64,000 bases of DNA from Octopus sinensis (lineage: Eukaryota), in NCBI RefSeq assembly GCF_006345805.1, contig NC_043006.1:52018001-52082000 (forward strand). The letters run 5' to 3'. This document shows positions 13,648 through 26,712 of this stretch, piece by piece. Each line of letters starts with the position of its first letter. The first letter of the stretch is position 1. The translations under genes were made by a program, and so were the position numbers. The notes beneath the pieces were generated by a model. The model was not told the DNA's origin. It saw only the letters and a list, made by a program, of their open reading frames with translations, and made no database searches.

Positions 13648-14290
13648 CTAGGGGGCTCTTCGTTTCACTGTTAGTCTTAAAGGTATGCATTTTTCAGCAG
13701 CCTCATAATTAGCTTGGACGAAATTGAGATATGTTGTGTTAGGTGTGTGATCTTCGTTCGCATCTTGTAACACATCAGTACGATTTCTGAGTTTGATCGT
13801 GAAATCATTTCGGACTTTCTCGTTGTACATCAGAATAGACAATTGTAGGGCGGTGTTGGGGTTATTTTATCTTGTTTGCTCGGAGGCTTACCTGAAGCTT
13901 AGATGTTACCACTCGATGGTCAGATGATACACCAAAGAAAGTGTTGTATGCTTCACAGTTGTGGCTGCTGTTAATCCACTTTTTGTTCATGATAAGATAG
14001 TCTAGCTGAGCTAGATAAACAAGATGCCATAATTTTTACAATGATATATCGTTTCTTATACGATCTATACCAAAACACAACATTCTCATCATTGGTGGGA
14101 ATATGAATGCACAATTAGGCCATGACAATCCTCATCATAAGTACTCGTTCCATCAAACCTCAAAACAAAACACGTTCCTCAAACCTCAAAACACGTAGAG
14201 CACTTCTTGGTAGAAAACAAATTTCAATGTCTGAACACATATTTTCAGAAGAGACCGGGAAAGAAGTGAACCCATACTTCCCCAAATATC
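13648..14290. mobile_element. RTE-type LINE AP-endonuclease remnant with internal inversion
   Basis: Plus strand 14014-14290: FYNDI...IIGGNMNAQLG...CLNTYFQKRPGKK*THTSPN. Minus strand 14011-13648: AQLDYLIMNKKW...SDHRVV...YEAAEKCIP. Confidence 0.85.
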
Positions 14291-15009
14291 AACATCAATA
14301 TCATTAATTTCTTAGGCATTGCGGGATTCTTACTTCATTTAATTATAGCTTGTTGAGGAGTTGGGCGATACAGCTTGTAGATGAATTGGGTGGGGTGTTA
14401 CTGTTGACGACGCCACAGATTGTAACGAAATCCCTTCCTAAGTCGTCGTCGTCGTCTGGGGTTTTCATTAGATCCAAGTTCATTCCATTTGCACCGCTGG
14501 TTCTTTGGAGCCAGTACCACAGTTATGTTGTCCCAGTCCGTTCTCTCTTGAGATATTTTTTTTAAATAACCCCCCCCCCCAAAGAAAAACTAGCTGATAG
14601 CAATACAGGTACAAGTATCTATTTTATTGTTTGCATTACAAAGCAGCTACCAATCCATCTCTCATAATTGTGGCAGTCGCAAATTTTCAACGTAAGATTT
14701 TGCTTTGTCTTTCTTCAAGAAAAAAAATCGTAATTAGGGGTTCTTTCTCGCTGTACACTGAATTTCTCGTTGAAACTGCCTCCCAGTTGTACACTGGAAG
14801 GCAGTTTGCCATGTTGGGCATTAGTTCATGTGACATATATTTATATATGGAGTTTAACCTGTCTGTGTACGATAAATAACTATAAAGATAACAGCAGCAC
14901 AGTTAAAATATCTGACAAAAATATCAAAGTATTAAATGGCTATTTATTTATTCATTGGTAACGTCTTGGTGATAGAATTTAGGTGAACAAATGGGGTTGA
15001 TAAAATACT

Positions 15010-15570
15010 GAGGTATGAGTAGGTTCGAGGAACAGAAAAAAGAAAAACTGGGAGCTGAAACAACTGGGGAAACAACTGAAGTTTTCGGAAACTGTCGCCT
15101 CGACATTATTAAAGCCGGATATGGTGCTGATCTCAGAAGTATCCAAAAAGGTAGTCCTGTTGGAATTTTCGTTCCCTGGGAGGAACGCATCGATGAGGCA
15201 AATGGAAATATAAATAAATATGCTGAGCTAGTGTCACAGCAAGGCATAATCCCGTCGTGGTGAGATGCAGAAGGTTTGCCGGTCAGACCTTCTGCAGAGC
15301 TTACAACATACTTGACATCACAGAGGCAAGTAGACAAAAGACCATCGGGTTGGTTGTGGGGGCAGCAAAAGTGACCTCAAGGTGACTGTGGTTCAAGAGG
15401 TGCGAGCTCTGGAAAGAGCAGTGCTTCAAAGGATAGTAGTAACTGGACACAAGCTGGGGCTAGAAAGATCCAAGCTGCGTCGTACGGGTGATGATATCAG
15501 ATATTGGAGGACCTGAAACATCTAATGACCCTAGAAAACATTACTGATACTGATGTATCCAAGTGCATCA
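15010..15570 (+). mobile_element. 3' fragment of an R2-superfamily (HERO/NeSL-like) non-LTR element, RLE domain
   Basis: LKPDMVLISEVSKKVVLLE / VPWEERIDEAN...KYAELV across a frameshift, matching the PD..(D/E)...K..KY restriction-like endonuclease pattern. Confidence 0.8.
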
Positions 15571-15583
15571 CTCCCTCCCTCCA

Positions 15584-15623
<40 letters not shown>

Positions 15624-15820
15624 AGCTTTCTGTCTGCCTCTGTCTTTTACGCTTATCTCATTGTAAACTTCCTCTTTATGTATTTACGATACGCTCTCAC
15701 ACTCTTTCTTTTGTATACGTATATCTCTCATGCTAAGTATGTGTGAATACCTGTCTGTGTGTGCATATGCATGTGCATGTCAGTGTGTGCGTATGCATGT
15801 GTGTAAGGAATTTCATTAAG

Positions 15821-16028
15821 GCGACAGTGTCGAAAGACCCACACAATGCATGGACTCAAGAGACGATGTTCGATATCAACTCAAACAACTTCAGTTTTCA
15901 GTGAGTCTTAGTTTTGCCCAACAACAAATCATATGAGCAAACATTTTCAGTTGCTTGTTGACACCTTGAAGGGCCTTGCTTCACTCATGGTGAACATCCA
16001 GCATACGTTGGATGCTCAAGAAAAGGAA
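15821..16028 (+). CDS. Candidate exon pair of an unidentified gene (15821-15900 and 15951-16028)
   Basis: TCA|GTGAGT donor, TTTTCAG acceptor and GAA|GTAAGA donor join in phase 0 to give DSVERPTQCMDSRDDVRYQLKQLQFS-LLVDTLKGLASLMVNIQHTLDAQEKE. The intron is only 50 nt and I recognise no homologue. Confidence 0.3.
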
Positions 16029-16233
16029 GTAAGAAAAATCTTTACATCTATGTAAAAAATAGAAATAAAAAAATTCCTTTATCAAGACATTATAAGTTAC
16101 CCAAAATAACACAGAAATCCGTCCGATCCGTCGGTAAAGAGCTGGTATGACATGGAATGACAAATGAAAATTAAAATAAACGCATTCTATTGTGAAAATT
16201 GACCAGCAACGAGAGTCTACTCAGCTGGTTATG

Positions 16234-16279
<46 letters not shown>

Positions 16280-16465
16280 ACTACTGTTACATTGTTTCAT
16301 ATATTCCAAATGTGTGTGGAGGTGTATACATGCATACCTACATACATACCTACCTACCTACATACATACATACATACATACATACATGTATATATATATA
16401 TATACACATAAATTTACCAACCAACATATATTTATATCACACACACAAACGCATACACACACACG

Positions 16466-16499
<34 letters not shown>

Positions 16500-16567
16500 T
16501 AGATTCGGCCATAGTACTTTATGTCCCTGTTTTCCGTTCGTTTGTGCATTTATTACGCGTTTTTTAA

Positions 16568-16605
<38 letters not shown>

Positions 16606-16628
16606 GTAAATATATATATATATATATA

Positions 16629-17010
16629 GGCGCAATGGCCCAGTGGTTAGGGCAGCGAACTCGCGGTCATAAGATCGCGGTTTCGATTCCCGGACCGGGT
16701 GTTGTGAGTGTTTATTGAGCGAAAACACCTAAAAGCTCCACGAGGCTCCGGCAGGGGATGGTGGCAATCCCTGCTGTACTCTTTCACCACAACTTTCTCT
16801 CACTCTTACTCCCTGTTTCTGTTGTACCTGTATTTCAAGGGGCCGGCCTTGTCACTCTCTGTGTCACGCTGAATATCCCCGAGAACTACGTTAAGGGTAC
16901 ACGTGTCTGTGGAGTGCTCAGCCACTTACACGTTAATTTCACGAGCAGGCTGTTCCGTTGATTCGGATCAACCGGAACCCTCGTCGTCGTAACCGACGGA
17001 GTGCTTCCAC
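16629..17010 (+). mobile_element. tRNA-derived SINE family C, full length
   Basis: A box TGGCCCAGTGG and B-box-like GGTTTCGATTCC. Near-identical to 56491-56879. Confidence 0.92.
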
Positions 17011-17181
17011 CACATATATATACTGTTCAGTATATATATATGCGTTGAATAAAAATTATCTTTCTACTTGTTATAACGTAGCTTGTAGAATGAAAAACTT
17101 GTCTTACCAGGTGGTGCTATTAAGTTAGACATGGCCTGGGCCAATAATGGCCGAAACCTATCAAAGTATCAAAGTATCAAA

Positions 17182-17244
<63 letters not shown>

Positions 17245-17245
<1 letters not shown>

Positions 17246-17445
17246 GAAAAATACAAACTGGGACAATAAAACATTTAGAAGACGATACAAAAAACACGGA
17301 CGGGACATTCGAAGCCTTCAACCTTCAGTCAAGAACCGGATCATCCTAGCAATTTCGGCTGATTGAAGGCTTCGAATGTCCCGTCCGTGTTTTTTGTATC
17401 GTCTTCTAAATGTTTTACGTTCTTGTCCGAGTTTGTATTTTTCTC
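17245..17445. repeat. Inverted repeat with perfect 55-bp arms, probably Penelope-like
   Basis: 17267-17321 is the exact reverse complement of 17363-17417, with a 41-nt spacer. Flanked by (TA)n. Confidence 0.9.
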
Positions 17446-17799
17446 GTTGGCCTTATGTAAATATATATATATACATATATAGTCAAATTTGTTTTGAAAA
17501 TGTACCTAAATTTGAGAAGCTTGTAATTGTTTTGAAATGAATTTATTTACGTAACTACCAAACTAGTTTCAGTAATATTTTTTGTTTATCAATGGTAAAA
17601 ATTTAGAATTATGATTTAGAAAGACGTTTAAAAGTTTCAGTGTTGACAAGCTTAAATATTCACAACAGTGAATAATATAAAAGCTGTGGATCAACTTGTT
17701 TAAATGTACAAAATTCAATAGTGTTAGTAGTGATCGACAAGAAGTGAATATCATCAAAGTTTCAATTATAATGAGTTATGAAGGGGAAAAACAAGGGAG

Positions 17800-18037
17800 A
17801 AACACATTTTCAGTGTTTATTGCCCCTGAGCATTTGCCACACACAAAAACTATCTTCCCAGTTAGACTTTCTTTGATATTGCTGCACTTCTTATGTGTCC
17901 ATTGCTTCCACCGGGTACATCTTATGGAGTTTCTATCAATGCCTTTTCTACAGATCAAGTAGGGCCATCTACCTGAAGGGATTTGTGATTTGGTTTCCTT
18001 CTTACTTACTAAGACTTTGGTTTTTGCTAGATTGACT
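17800..18037 (-). mobile_element. RTE/BovB-type LINE fragment with Cys-rich (PHD-like) segment after the RT core
   Basis: INLAKTKVLV...GRWPYLICRKGIDRNSIRCTRWKQWTHKKCSNI...FVCGKC. Confidence 0.75.
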
Positions 18038-18061
18038 CTTATTGACTCTTATGTACATACA

Positions 18062-18118
<57 letters not shown>

Positions 18119-18217
18119 GTGAAGGCACATTGTCAGTAAGGATGTTGCAGATACAATTGCTAGAATGTAGGTTCGATTTCCAGTTCGGTAGTCTGGTCGA
18201 TCACGTTATCACACGCG

Positions 18218-18264
<47 letters not shown>

Positions 18265-18479
18265 ACACACACACATACACACACACACATACACACACAC
18301 ACATGTATGTACATATATATATATTTTATTCTTTTACTTGTTTCAATTATTTGACTGCGACCATACTGGAACACTGCCTTTAGTTGAGCAAATTGACCCC
18401 AGGACTTATTCTTTGCACATCTATATACATATATATGTATGTACATATATGTATGTATGTATGCATATGTGTATATATA

Positions 18480-18947
18480 TCTATATATATTAAACTGTAG
18501 TTGTGTGAGTGTCTGTCCCCTTCGATTTAGATTCCTAACTACTCCCACATTTTGCGGTGCAGTTTAACCAAATTCGGGTATCTTATAGTCGTGATTCATA
18601 TCGAGCCCGTCTGAGTATTAGCGCGCGTCTACGATGAGTCTACGATTTAAAAAATAATTTAACATCATTTTTTATTGCATTTTAATGCATAATTTTTCGT
18701 GTGTCGATGGCGGCGGAGTTGGCGTCCACGGTCACACCTGCACCTGTTTGTGTAAGGAAATCAACGTCGTAAAGCGTTGTCAAGGAGACCAGCGTTCTTT
18801 TAGAACAACGACTTCATGGCTTGAAGACACCAAAACAGAAATGGCTAAGAAAGCCCGAATTGGCATCTATAAGGGAAGTAACTCTCTAAAAATGCTTATA
18901 TAGTTATTTCCCTTACAAACCCGAGCAACGCCGGGCGATACTGCTAG
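18480..18947 (+). mobile_element. Complete non-autonomous Helitron
   Basis: A|TC 5' end, subterminal hairpin CCCGAGCAACGCCGGG, CTAG|T 3' end, no TSD. Termini shared with 41690-42085. Confidence 0.93.
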
Positions 18948-18990
18948 TATATATATATGTGTGTGTGTGTGTGCGTGTATATATATATAT

Positions 18991-19037
<47 letters not shown>

Positions 19038-19221
19038 TATACACATACATATATATATATTTGTAAAGAAAAAATATACATTATTTATATTATTTTTTAA
19101 TCGAACGCTACGCATCCATTTCCAAGTAAGTTTATCTATCTATATGTGTGTGTGTGTGCGCGCGCGCGCTGCGTGTGTGTATGTGTGCGCGTGCGTGTGT
19201 GTATGTGTGCGCTCCTAGGGG

Positions 19222-19260
<39 letters not shown>

Positions 19261-19608
19261 TTTATGATTGTACGCACATGTGTATATATAGACACACACA
19301 TATACACATACACTAACACACATTAACTTCCATAAAGATTAATTTCTTCCAAAGAATATTTTCTGCCATACTTTAGTTAAATATAGGAATTTTTTCAGTA
19401 GCGAGTCAAAGATGAAAGTTCAAGTGTCAACTGATAGGAAACCAGTTAGTAAGGTTCATATACTCTCCTCATATCACTGAGTGTAAAGTTCGGGCCTTTT
19501 CTTAGGGTAGTCGTATAGACATGAACGTAGTGTTTGTGTCTCATCAAAGTTGTTGTTTAAGCATAAAAGCAATCTTTGGTCTTGGGATTTGGGATTAGTT
19601 AATATGTT

Positions 19609-19768
19609 TATTCTGTGGTGTCTGGGGAGGGTCATTCTTTTTCAGTGCCTTATAATTTAACACACTCACCGGTAAAATTTCCACTCATCTCCTTCTTTAT
19701 TTTACCGGTAAGTCTGTTAAATTATGAGGCACTAAAAGAGAAAGACTCTACCCAGACACCACAGAATA
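19609..19768. repeat. Imperfect ~70-bp inverted repeat, Penelope-like
   Basis: TATTCTGTGGTGTCTGGG...CCGGTAAAAT pairs with ATTTTACCGG...CCCAGACACCACAGAATA. Confidence 0.8.
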
Positions 19769-20249
19769 TGCTTCAACACATGAACTCACATAAAGAATCT
19801 CGCAAACCAAATACAAAAACGAAATTTATTTGTTGAGATATAAATATGATGCTTAGGCCTTTTGTTTGGCGAGGTATCTAAACATGAAAATTGCGTTAAG
19901 GTATTTGTTCAGAGTAGGTTTTGTGATATCAAGGATGTGCTTGGATTCTTGTTATTGTTACTATTCAGTTTCTGGTCATTGCAATTAAATAGATCCATGA
20001 CCAAAGCATTTCAATCTATGACCGCCCTATTTTCGTTTCAGGAATATCTTTTGAAATTTTAACTGCTTCAGTTATTTAATTGCAGCCATGCTTTGAAGAG
20101 CTTTTTAGCCGAACAAACCAACCCAAGGACTTTTAAAACAAAACTTGGTAAAATTCCTCCGAAGTCGAATTTGCCCCTCATCCTTTCGGGGTCGATGTAA
20201 TCGACGAGCTCCTTCTCCTAAAATTCCGGGTCCTTTATCATTCTATCTT

Positions 20250-20678
20250 TTACTTGTTTCAGTCATTAGATTGCGGCCATGTTGGGGCATTGCCTTGAAG
20301 AAGTTTTCTCAAACGAATTGATCCCCTTACTTTTATCGTTGAAGCGTGGTACTTATTCTATCGGTTCTTGTGCCGAACAGCTAAATTTCGGAGATGTAAA
20401 CATACCAACACCAGTTGTCAAACGGTGGTGGTCAGTGGAACAAACAAATACACATAGACAAACATGCACGCACACACACACGCGCACACACACGCACACA
20501 CGCACACACGTATATATACGACGGGCTTCTTTCACTTTCTGTCAATCAAATTCATTCGTAAGGCTTCGGTGGGCCCGAGGCTGAAGCAGAAGACACTTGC
20601 CTAAGATGCATTGTACTCGGATTGAACCCTGAACCAAAGAAGCAGACTTCTTACCACAGAACCGCGTCTTCTGCCTAT
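20250..20678 (-). mobile_element. SINE family B, diverged
   Basis: Reverse complement of the 44020 and 57294 copies. Confidence 0.75.
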
Positions 20679-20976
20679 AGTAAAAAGACTTAATATAACT
20701 AATAAATTTCTAGTGTTGGGCATATAACAAAAATGTTATTAGGGTGGTGGATGGACAGACTCATTGGCGCGTCGAACAAAATATCTCGAAGTATTTCTTG
20801 CACCTCTTTACGTTCTTGAGTTCAAATTCCACCGAGGTCAAGTTTGCTTTCCGTCCATTTGGGTGGGGAGCGAGAGGTAAGTGGAGGGGGTGGATCGATT
20901 ATAAAATATTAGTTCAATATTGAACTCAACACAATCCATTCTCTGGTACATAAATTTGTGCCTATCTTGGAAATAA

Positions 20977-20990
20977 ATACTACTACTAAA

Positions 20991-21037
<47 letters not shown>

Positions 21038-21074
21038 AACTGCTGCTGCTGCTGCTATGAATACCACCACAACT

Positions 21075-21113
<39 letters not shown>

Positions 21114-21118
21114 TCACC

Positions 21119-21176
<58 letters not shown>

Positions 21177-21232
21177 TTGCTGCTGCTGTTGCTGCTGCTG
21201 TTGCTGCTGCTGTTGCTACTAATACTACCACC

Positions 21233-21263
<31 letters not shown>

Positions 21264-21425
21264 TTACTACTACTACTACTACTTCTGCTGCTGTTGCTGC
21301 TGCTATTGCTACCAATACTACCAGCACCACCACCACAATCACCACCACCACAACAATCACCACCACCACCACCACAATCACTACCACCACCACAATCACC
21401 ACCACCACCACAATCACCACCACCA

Positions 21426-21463
<38 letters not shown>

Positions 21464-21490
21464 AACAACTACATAAACCAACAATAATAC
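20977..21490. repeat. Compound trinucleotide microsatellite (CTA/CTG/CCA)
   Basis: Seen directly. Explains three spurious long ORFs. Confidence 0.97.
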
Positions 21491-22050
21491 TAGCCTCCTT
21501 ATCAAGATTTTATAGTTACTACTATTATTTCTTATCTCTTGAGATAAATATTTCTAGTGTTGTTTATTGTTGGAAAACATTCAGAAGTGTGTGTGTGAGA
21601 GAGAGAGAGAAAGAGAGAGAGAGAAAGTGCGTGCATGTGTGTGTGTGTGCGTGTTCGTGCGCGTGTTTGAAAGAGAAAGAAAAAGTGAATGAGTGAGAGT
21701 GTGTAAGTTTGTGTTGTGTAGGGTGAGGGTGGAATGTGTGTGTGTGCGCATTTTTTTTTCCAATTGTCAAATGGAAATTTTAATGATTTTTGTTCTAATT
21801 AAGATGAAATTAACTGTGAAGAGCATAAAGAAACTTGCAGCTATCAAAAAGTTCATTATCACCGTTAAATTTATTAAGTTTAAAAACATTTTTTTTAATG
21901 ATTATTTGAACTTAAATGAGAGACATTTTAAGACTACATGCCATTCAAAACTAAAGTTCGTTCTCCTAATGAATTGAGGTTTTCTAGGATTGTGAGTGCA
22001 GAATTACACAATGGTTTGTATAGGTAATGACGGCGGCCATGTTGAAAATT

Positions 22051-22279
22051 GGCGAGCTGGCAGAATCGTTGGCACGCTGGGCGAAATGCTTAGCGGTATT
22101 TCGTCTGCCGCTACGTTCTGAGTTCAAATTCCGCCGAGGTCGACTTTGCCTTTCATCCTTTCGGGGTCGATTAAATAAGTACCAGTTACGCACTGGGGTC
22201 GATATAATCGACTTAATCCCTTTGTCTATCCTTGTTTGTCCTCTCTGTGTTTAGCCCCTTGTGGGTAGTAAAGAAATAG
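22051..22279 (+). mobile_element. SINE family A, near-consensus monomer; diverged copies follow at 22790-23590
   Basis: GGCGAGCTGGCAGAATCGTT...GAGTTCAAATTCC (A/B boxes), central GCCTTTCATCCTTTCGGGGTCGAT domain, tail GTGGGTAGTAAAGAAAT. Confidence 0.92.
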
Positions 22280-25200
22280 AAAATTAAATCGCAGGTCTAA
22301 ATTCATTTAAAACTGAAATATATCCTTTTAATAAATCTTTTTTCACAGATTACTTGTACCCTGTAACAGAACTAAAGCAATGCTCATTTCAGACTACACA
22401 AGGGTTTTATAATGGCTTTATTATTATTACATGTGCGTGCATGCGTAAGTACTTGTTTGTGTGTGCATGCGCGAGTGTATGTATGTGTGTGTGTATGCGT
22501 GGGTAATATGAAACTGTTGATGAGACATAAGTTGAATTTGACGTCTTTTACATCCTACTTATCTCCAATCATTACGATTGTTTTATAAGCGTTTTTTTTT
22601 TCTTTTCTTTTTCCTCTATATTTATACTCCATTTTGCATTGGGCGAGACTTGTACTGCCAGATAAATGATAGCTGTTTCTGAGACGCAAAACAAAATAGT
22701 GAATGTTTCCATTACATAATTAGCATTACATAATACAAACACTGTGATAAAACAGAGGCTGTTGTCGTTTTTGTTGTTGTTGTGGTTGGATAAATTGATA
22801 GAATCGGTAGAGAGATGGATAAAAATTGGCTTATATTTACCTACGTTTCTTTACATTTTGAATTCAAATCCCATCAATGTTGGATTTTTATCTTTTATTA
22901 CAACCAGAATCAATAAAATAAATAGCAGTCCAGTTATAGGGATCAGTGTAAACGAATATGTTTCATGCTTGGCTTAATAGTCAGAGCGCCGAGTAAACAA
23001 AATACCAGTTCAGACAGGGGTGATGTAATTGTGATTAACCCACTTCTCGCAAAATTGTTGACCTTGTGACTAAATTACAATCATCATCATCATCATTATC
23101 ATCAGCAGCAGCAGCCACAGCAGCAGCAGCAGCGGTAGGGTCGTGAAAGCAGTGGATTGGTCGAATTGTTAGAACATTGAACAGGATGCCTTGGTGGAAT
23201 TGTTCCGGCTTTTTACGTTCTGAGTTCAAATCCTACTCAGTTTAATTTTGTCAGTCATCATTTCTTTCAGGGTCGATAATATAAAACCTCAGTCTGGAAA
23301 TGTGGTTACTAGCATCGGCTAATCCCCTCCCACAAATTTAAGGCTTTGTACCCGTGCTTAAAGAAAAAAAATTCAAATTAGTGGATTGTTAGGTCATTGG
23401 ACAAAAACCTTTATGGTATTTGAACCTACTCTTTATGTGCTGGTTTCAAATTCCAATGAGGTCGGCTCTTCCTTTTATTTCTCCCGGGTCAATAATATAC
23501 AGTATCACTAAAGTACTGGAGTCGATAGCATCGACTAATACTTTCCACCAAATTTCTGGATTTGTGCCTGTATTAGAAGCATCTATTATTATTGTTCGTT
23601 AAACTACTGCACTAACGAACAATAATGGTCGAACAGCGATCATTATTATTGTTCGTTATACTACTTGTCTAAGGAACAATAATGGTCGAACAGCAATGGC
23701 CTAAATATAGAAGTGGAAGAGTACTGTACTAATTAAATCGTCGTATTAAGTTATGTACCTCTGTGTTGCTGATTTAAACTCAAAACACAGTGGGTATCTT
23801 TGCCTTGCCCTCTCCTTACTCGAGTTGTTAAATTAATTAAACAAAATTGAAATTTAATCTTACTTTTTCGAGTCGTACCTAATTACATCTTGCGGTGCAC
23901 GGTTTGGGGACCACTGCACCGGTACTATAATGACCTCCTGTTCTTCGGAACCGGCGAAGTTTTTAATGCCACCTCTTACTCAGACATTCACCACTCACTT
24001 GTGTCTCATCCTTTCATTTCACTGTTCTATTCAAATCCCTACGCCAAGTTTTACTCTCCAGAACACCGGCACGAAGACATTCTATCCTTGCACGTGTCTC
24101 TTCTGCTCGTGTTCACCCACAAAGGGAATTTAATGGCATAAATCTCGCATTGTTTTCTAGGGACTACAATAACCATGGATACTATCCCTTCATTTGGATC
24201 TTGTAAGTGAAAAAGCACACGACAGTATCTTCACGCGAACATAGTGGTGATACGAAACAAGTGTTGGAGTGAAACAGCCGAATGGAATAAATTATTTTAC
24301 CGTGAGGTGTATTAATTTCGTCAACAATCGGAAATTGATCAACCTGGAAATGTTACCAGATCAATAATTTGAATAACATCCCAAAACTGGCGTTCAACTT
24401 GAACTGTCAGAGGTGCCCCGGGGCTTAGAAAACGATTCCTTTTGCAATAAAGATGATAAAAATCTTTCAAACGAAATGTTTAAAGGTTAATCGTGGCTGA
24501 GAAAACCTATGATTAAAGGTGTTGCAGCCATGACTATCTTGTTTATCTCTCAAGCATTGCGTACTAGAACTATATTATCTTTTTCAAGATAGTAAAGTGT
24601 AATTTTCAAGAGAATTATCTGCTATTCTTAGCGCTTCAAGTGACCAGACAGAGACTCACTTTTGACTTGTTCATACCAGGATTGTTGTTCAGCTTAACTA
24701 AGAATCGAACAGATCAATAATTAACAGTCTTCCATGCGTATTTTTTTAGAGTTAGGCTGATATTTGAGTGATATTTGGCAGCTATAACTAGGCTGATATT
24801 TGAGGGGTATTTGGCAGCTATAACTAGCAAAACGGCCTGCGAGACTTTCTAAATAGCAAGCCTAACGAATAATTACCTTGAATGTTTTTAGTAGTGCGGC
24901 TCGCCTGATGATAATCCACGTCTCATGCAGCCCACTTCTCTAAAAGGTTGCCCATGCCTGACGTGAAGACTACCATGTAGTAGAGACGAAAAAAATATAG
25001 CGGACGATAAATTGCCATGCGTTATTTAGTCACATCTTTCTATGTTCAGAGTTTAGATATCGCCCGATTCAACTCTGCTTTTAATTGTTCTAAGCGAGTA
25101 GCGAGTCGACAAAACAAATATCAAGTACTTGGGTCGAATTACTTGCCAATACACTTCTATAAATTTGTGCATCTGCACCAACATAAGAAATGGTTATAAA

Positions 25201-26693
25201 AGATGAGGTTTAGGTGGTGTTTAACGGTATATGTTGTAAAAGTGCCGGACTAAAATACTTTGCAGTACTCAGTTACGTTTATCACTTTTGATGTAAATCA
25301 TCATCAAGGCGAGGGCAGAACAAAGTTCCTCGCTTGAAGCCATTTTACTTCCTTAAAATACTGATGATGTAGATAAGAAAGCATGAGCGTCACACAATTC
25401 CATTCCAATTTCAACTATTGTGAATATAAATTTGAAACTGAAGAAAAAAGAATAAAAATGAAGTATATTGATATTTCATTTTTATTCTTTTGTCCTCAGT
25501 TTCAAATTTAATTTCTTGTTCCTATTTGTTATGGACTGAACCATTTGAAAATTCATTGTCTTAGTCTAGGATACGACATTGCACGAGACACATTTACAAC
25601 TCTCAACACGTCCACATGAAATCCGAGATCTAAACAAAAAGAATTCTGTCTTTATCTTTGAATATTTACGTATCTTACTTTGACCGTTTAACACCTCTTA
25701 CGTTGTAATGTCTTCATTTTCTACTATTGAAGAAACGCATCACTTTCACTCCTTACAGTTCTTAATGAAAGTTAAATGCAAGACAGCAAGGGGAATTAAC
25801 TGTTGCTGCAACGGAAAATGTGCCTCAGTTAAATGCAAAACAAAAAGCAGTTTTTGGTAATGTGACAGTGCTATTAGTGATTTCTAATGTAGCTACACTG
25901 TCTGCCTCGAACTTACTCACCCATGAGGACGAAACTTGGGATTTTCAAGGTGTTTAAGCTAAGGATGCAAGACACCTCACTGAAGAGGATGACTGTCTGT
26001 TGCTGGGTAACCCCACTGCCCACTACTAATGCTCCCTCTAAGCTGTGCAACTGTGTGCGCACACATGTTTTACAATTAGCACAAAAAGGGGATAATAGGG
26101 CATACGCAAGCTTTTACGACGAAACTGAATATTTTATATCGAAGCAAAATATAAAATTCGCACGCATGCAAATTTCTAAGCATATCCAAAGCAAAAACAG
26201 AAGGAATATTGGTCACATTTACTAATTTGTGGCTGCATATACTAGAGCAAAGCGAACTAAAGTATTTATTTTATCGATTCCAGAAGGATGAAAAGCAAAG
26301 AAATCTCGGTGGGATTTCATTTAAGAATGTTAAGAGATGCAACCAAATACCACAGTACATTTTGTCTAGCATCCCCGTCCAACATTCACTGTCTTAATAA
26401 CAATACTAATGTTTTGTTTTTGCTCTCCTTTTTTATATATATTTTTCTAAACAGAAAATTTGAAGCGCAGAGTGTGTGGGAACTACAGATCATAGTGTCT
26501 GGTGTCTGCTACGTAATACATACGGTCGTTGCTTCTCTGAACAGAATTATGTAATAAAAACAACAAAATAGACTGAAACCGGCAGACACGTGACTGTTTG
26601 TCACTATTTCTCTATATAGGTTACATGCATTGTAGAAGGTCTGTGTCGAGATGGAAGTAATAACAAGGCACAGACATATTGTTTTACATTCCC

Positions 26694-26712
26694 CTACTTA
26701 TAAGCATTATTT
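26694..26712 (-). CDS. Candidate terminal coding exon of the PDZ gene (K-NNAYK*)
   Basis: Long T-rich tract ending in TTTAG. Phase fits the 30443-30476 candidate exon. No homology support. Confidence 0.25.

Noticed and set aside
16629-16700. tRNA-like sequences at SINE heads
   Set aside because: They continue into SINE bodies, some with TSDs, and have no proper acceptor stem, so they are not tRNA genes.
20909-21505. Long ORFs of 123-198 aa rich in V, S, G, L, T and P
   Set aside because: Translations of a compound trinucleotide microsatellite, with no splice or domain support.
23585-23698. Repeat-spacer pattern resembling CRISPR
   Set aside because: Two units only, eukaryotic context and no cas genes.
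25780-26050. ENVPQLNAKQKAVF (Helitron helicase-like) and a strong minus-strand GTGAGT donor at 25920
   Set aside because: Too short to support either a TE or an exon call.
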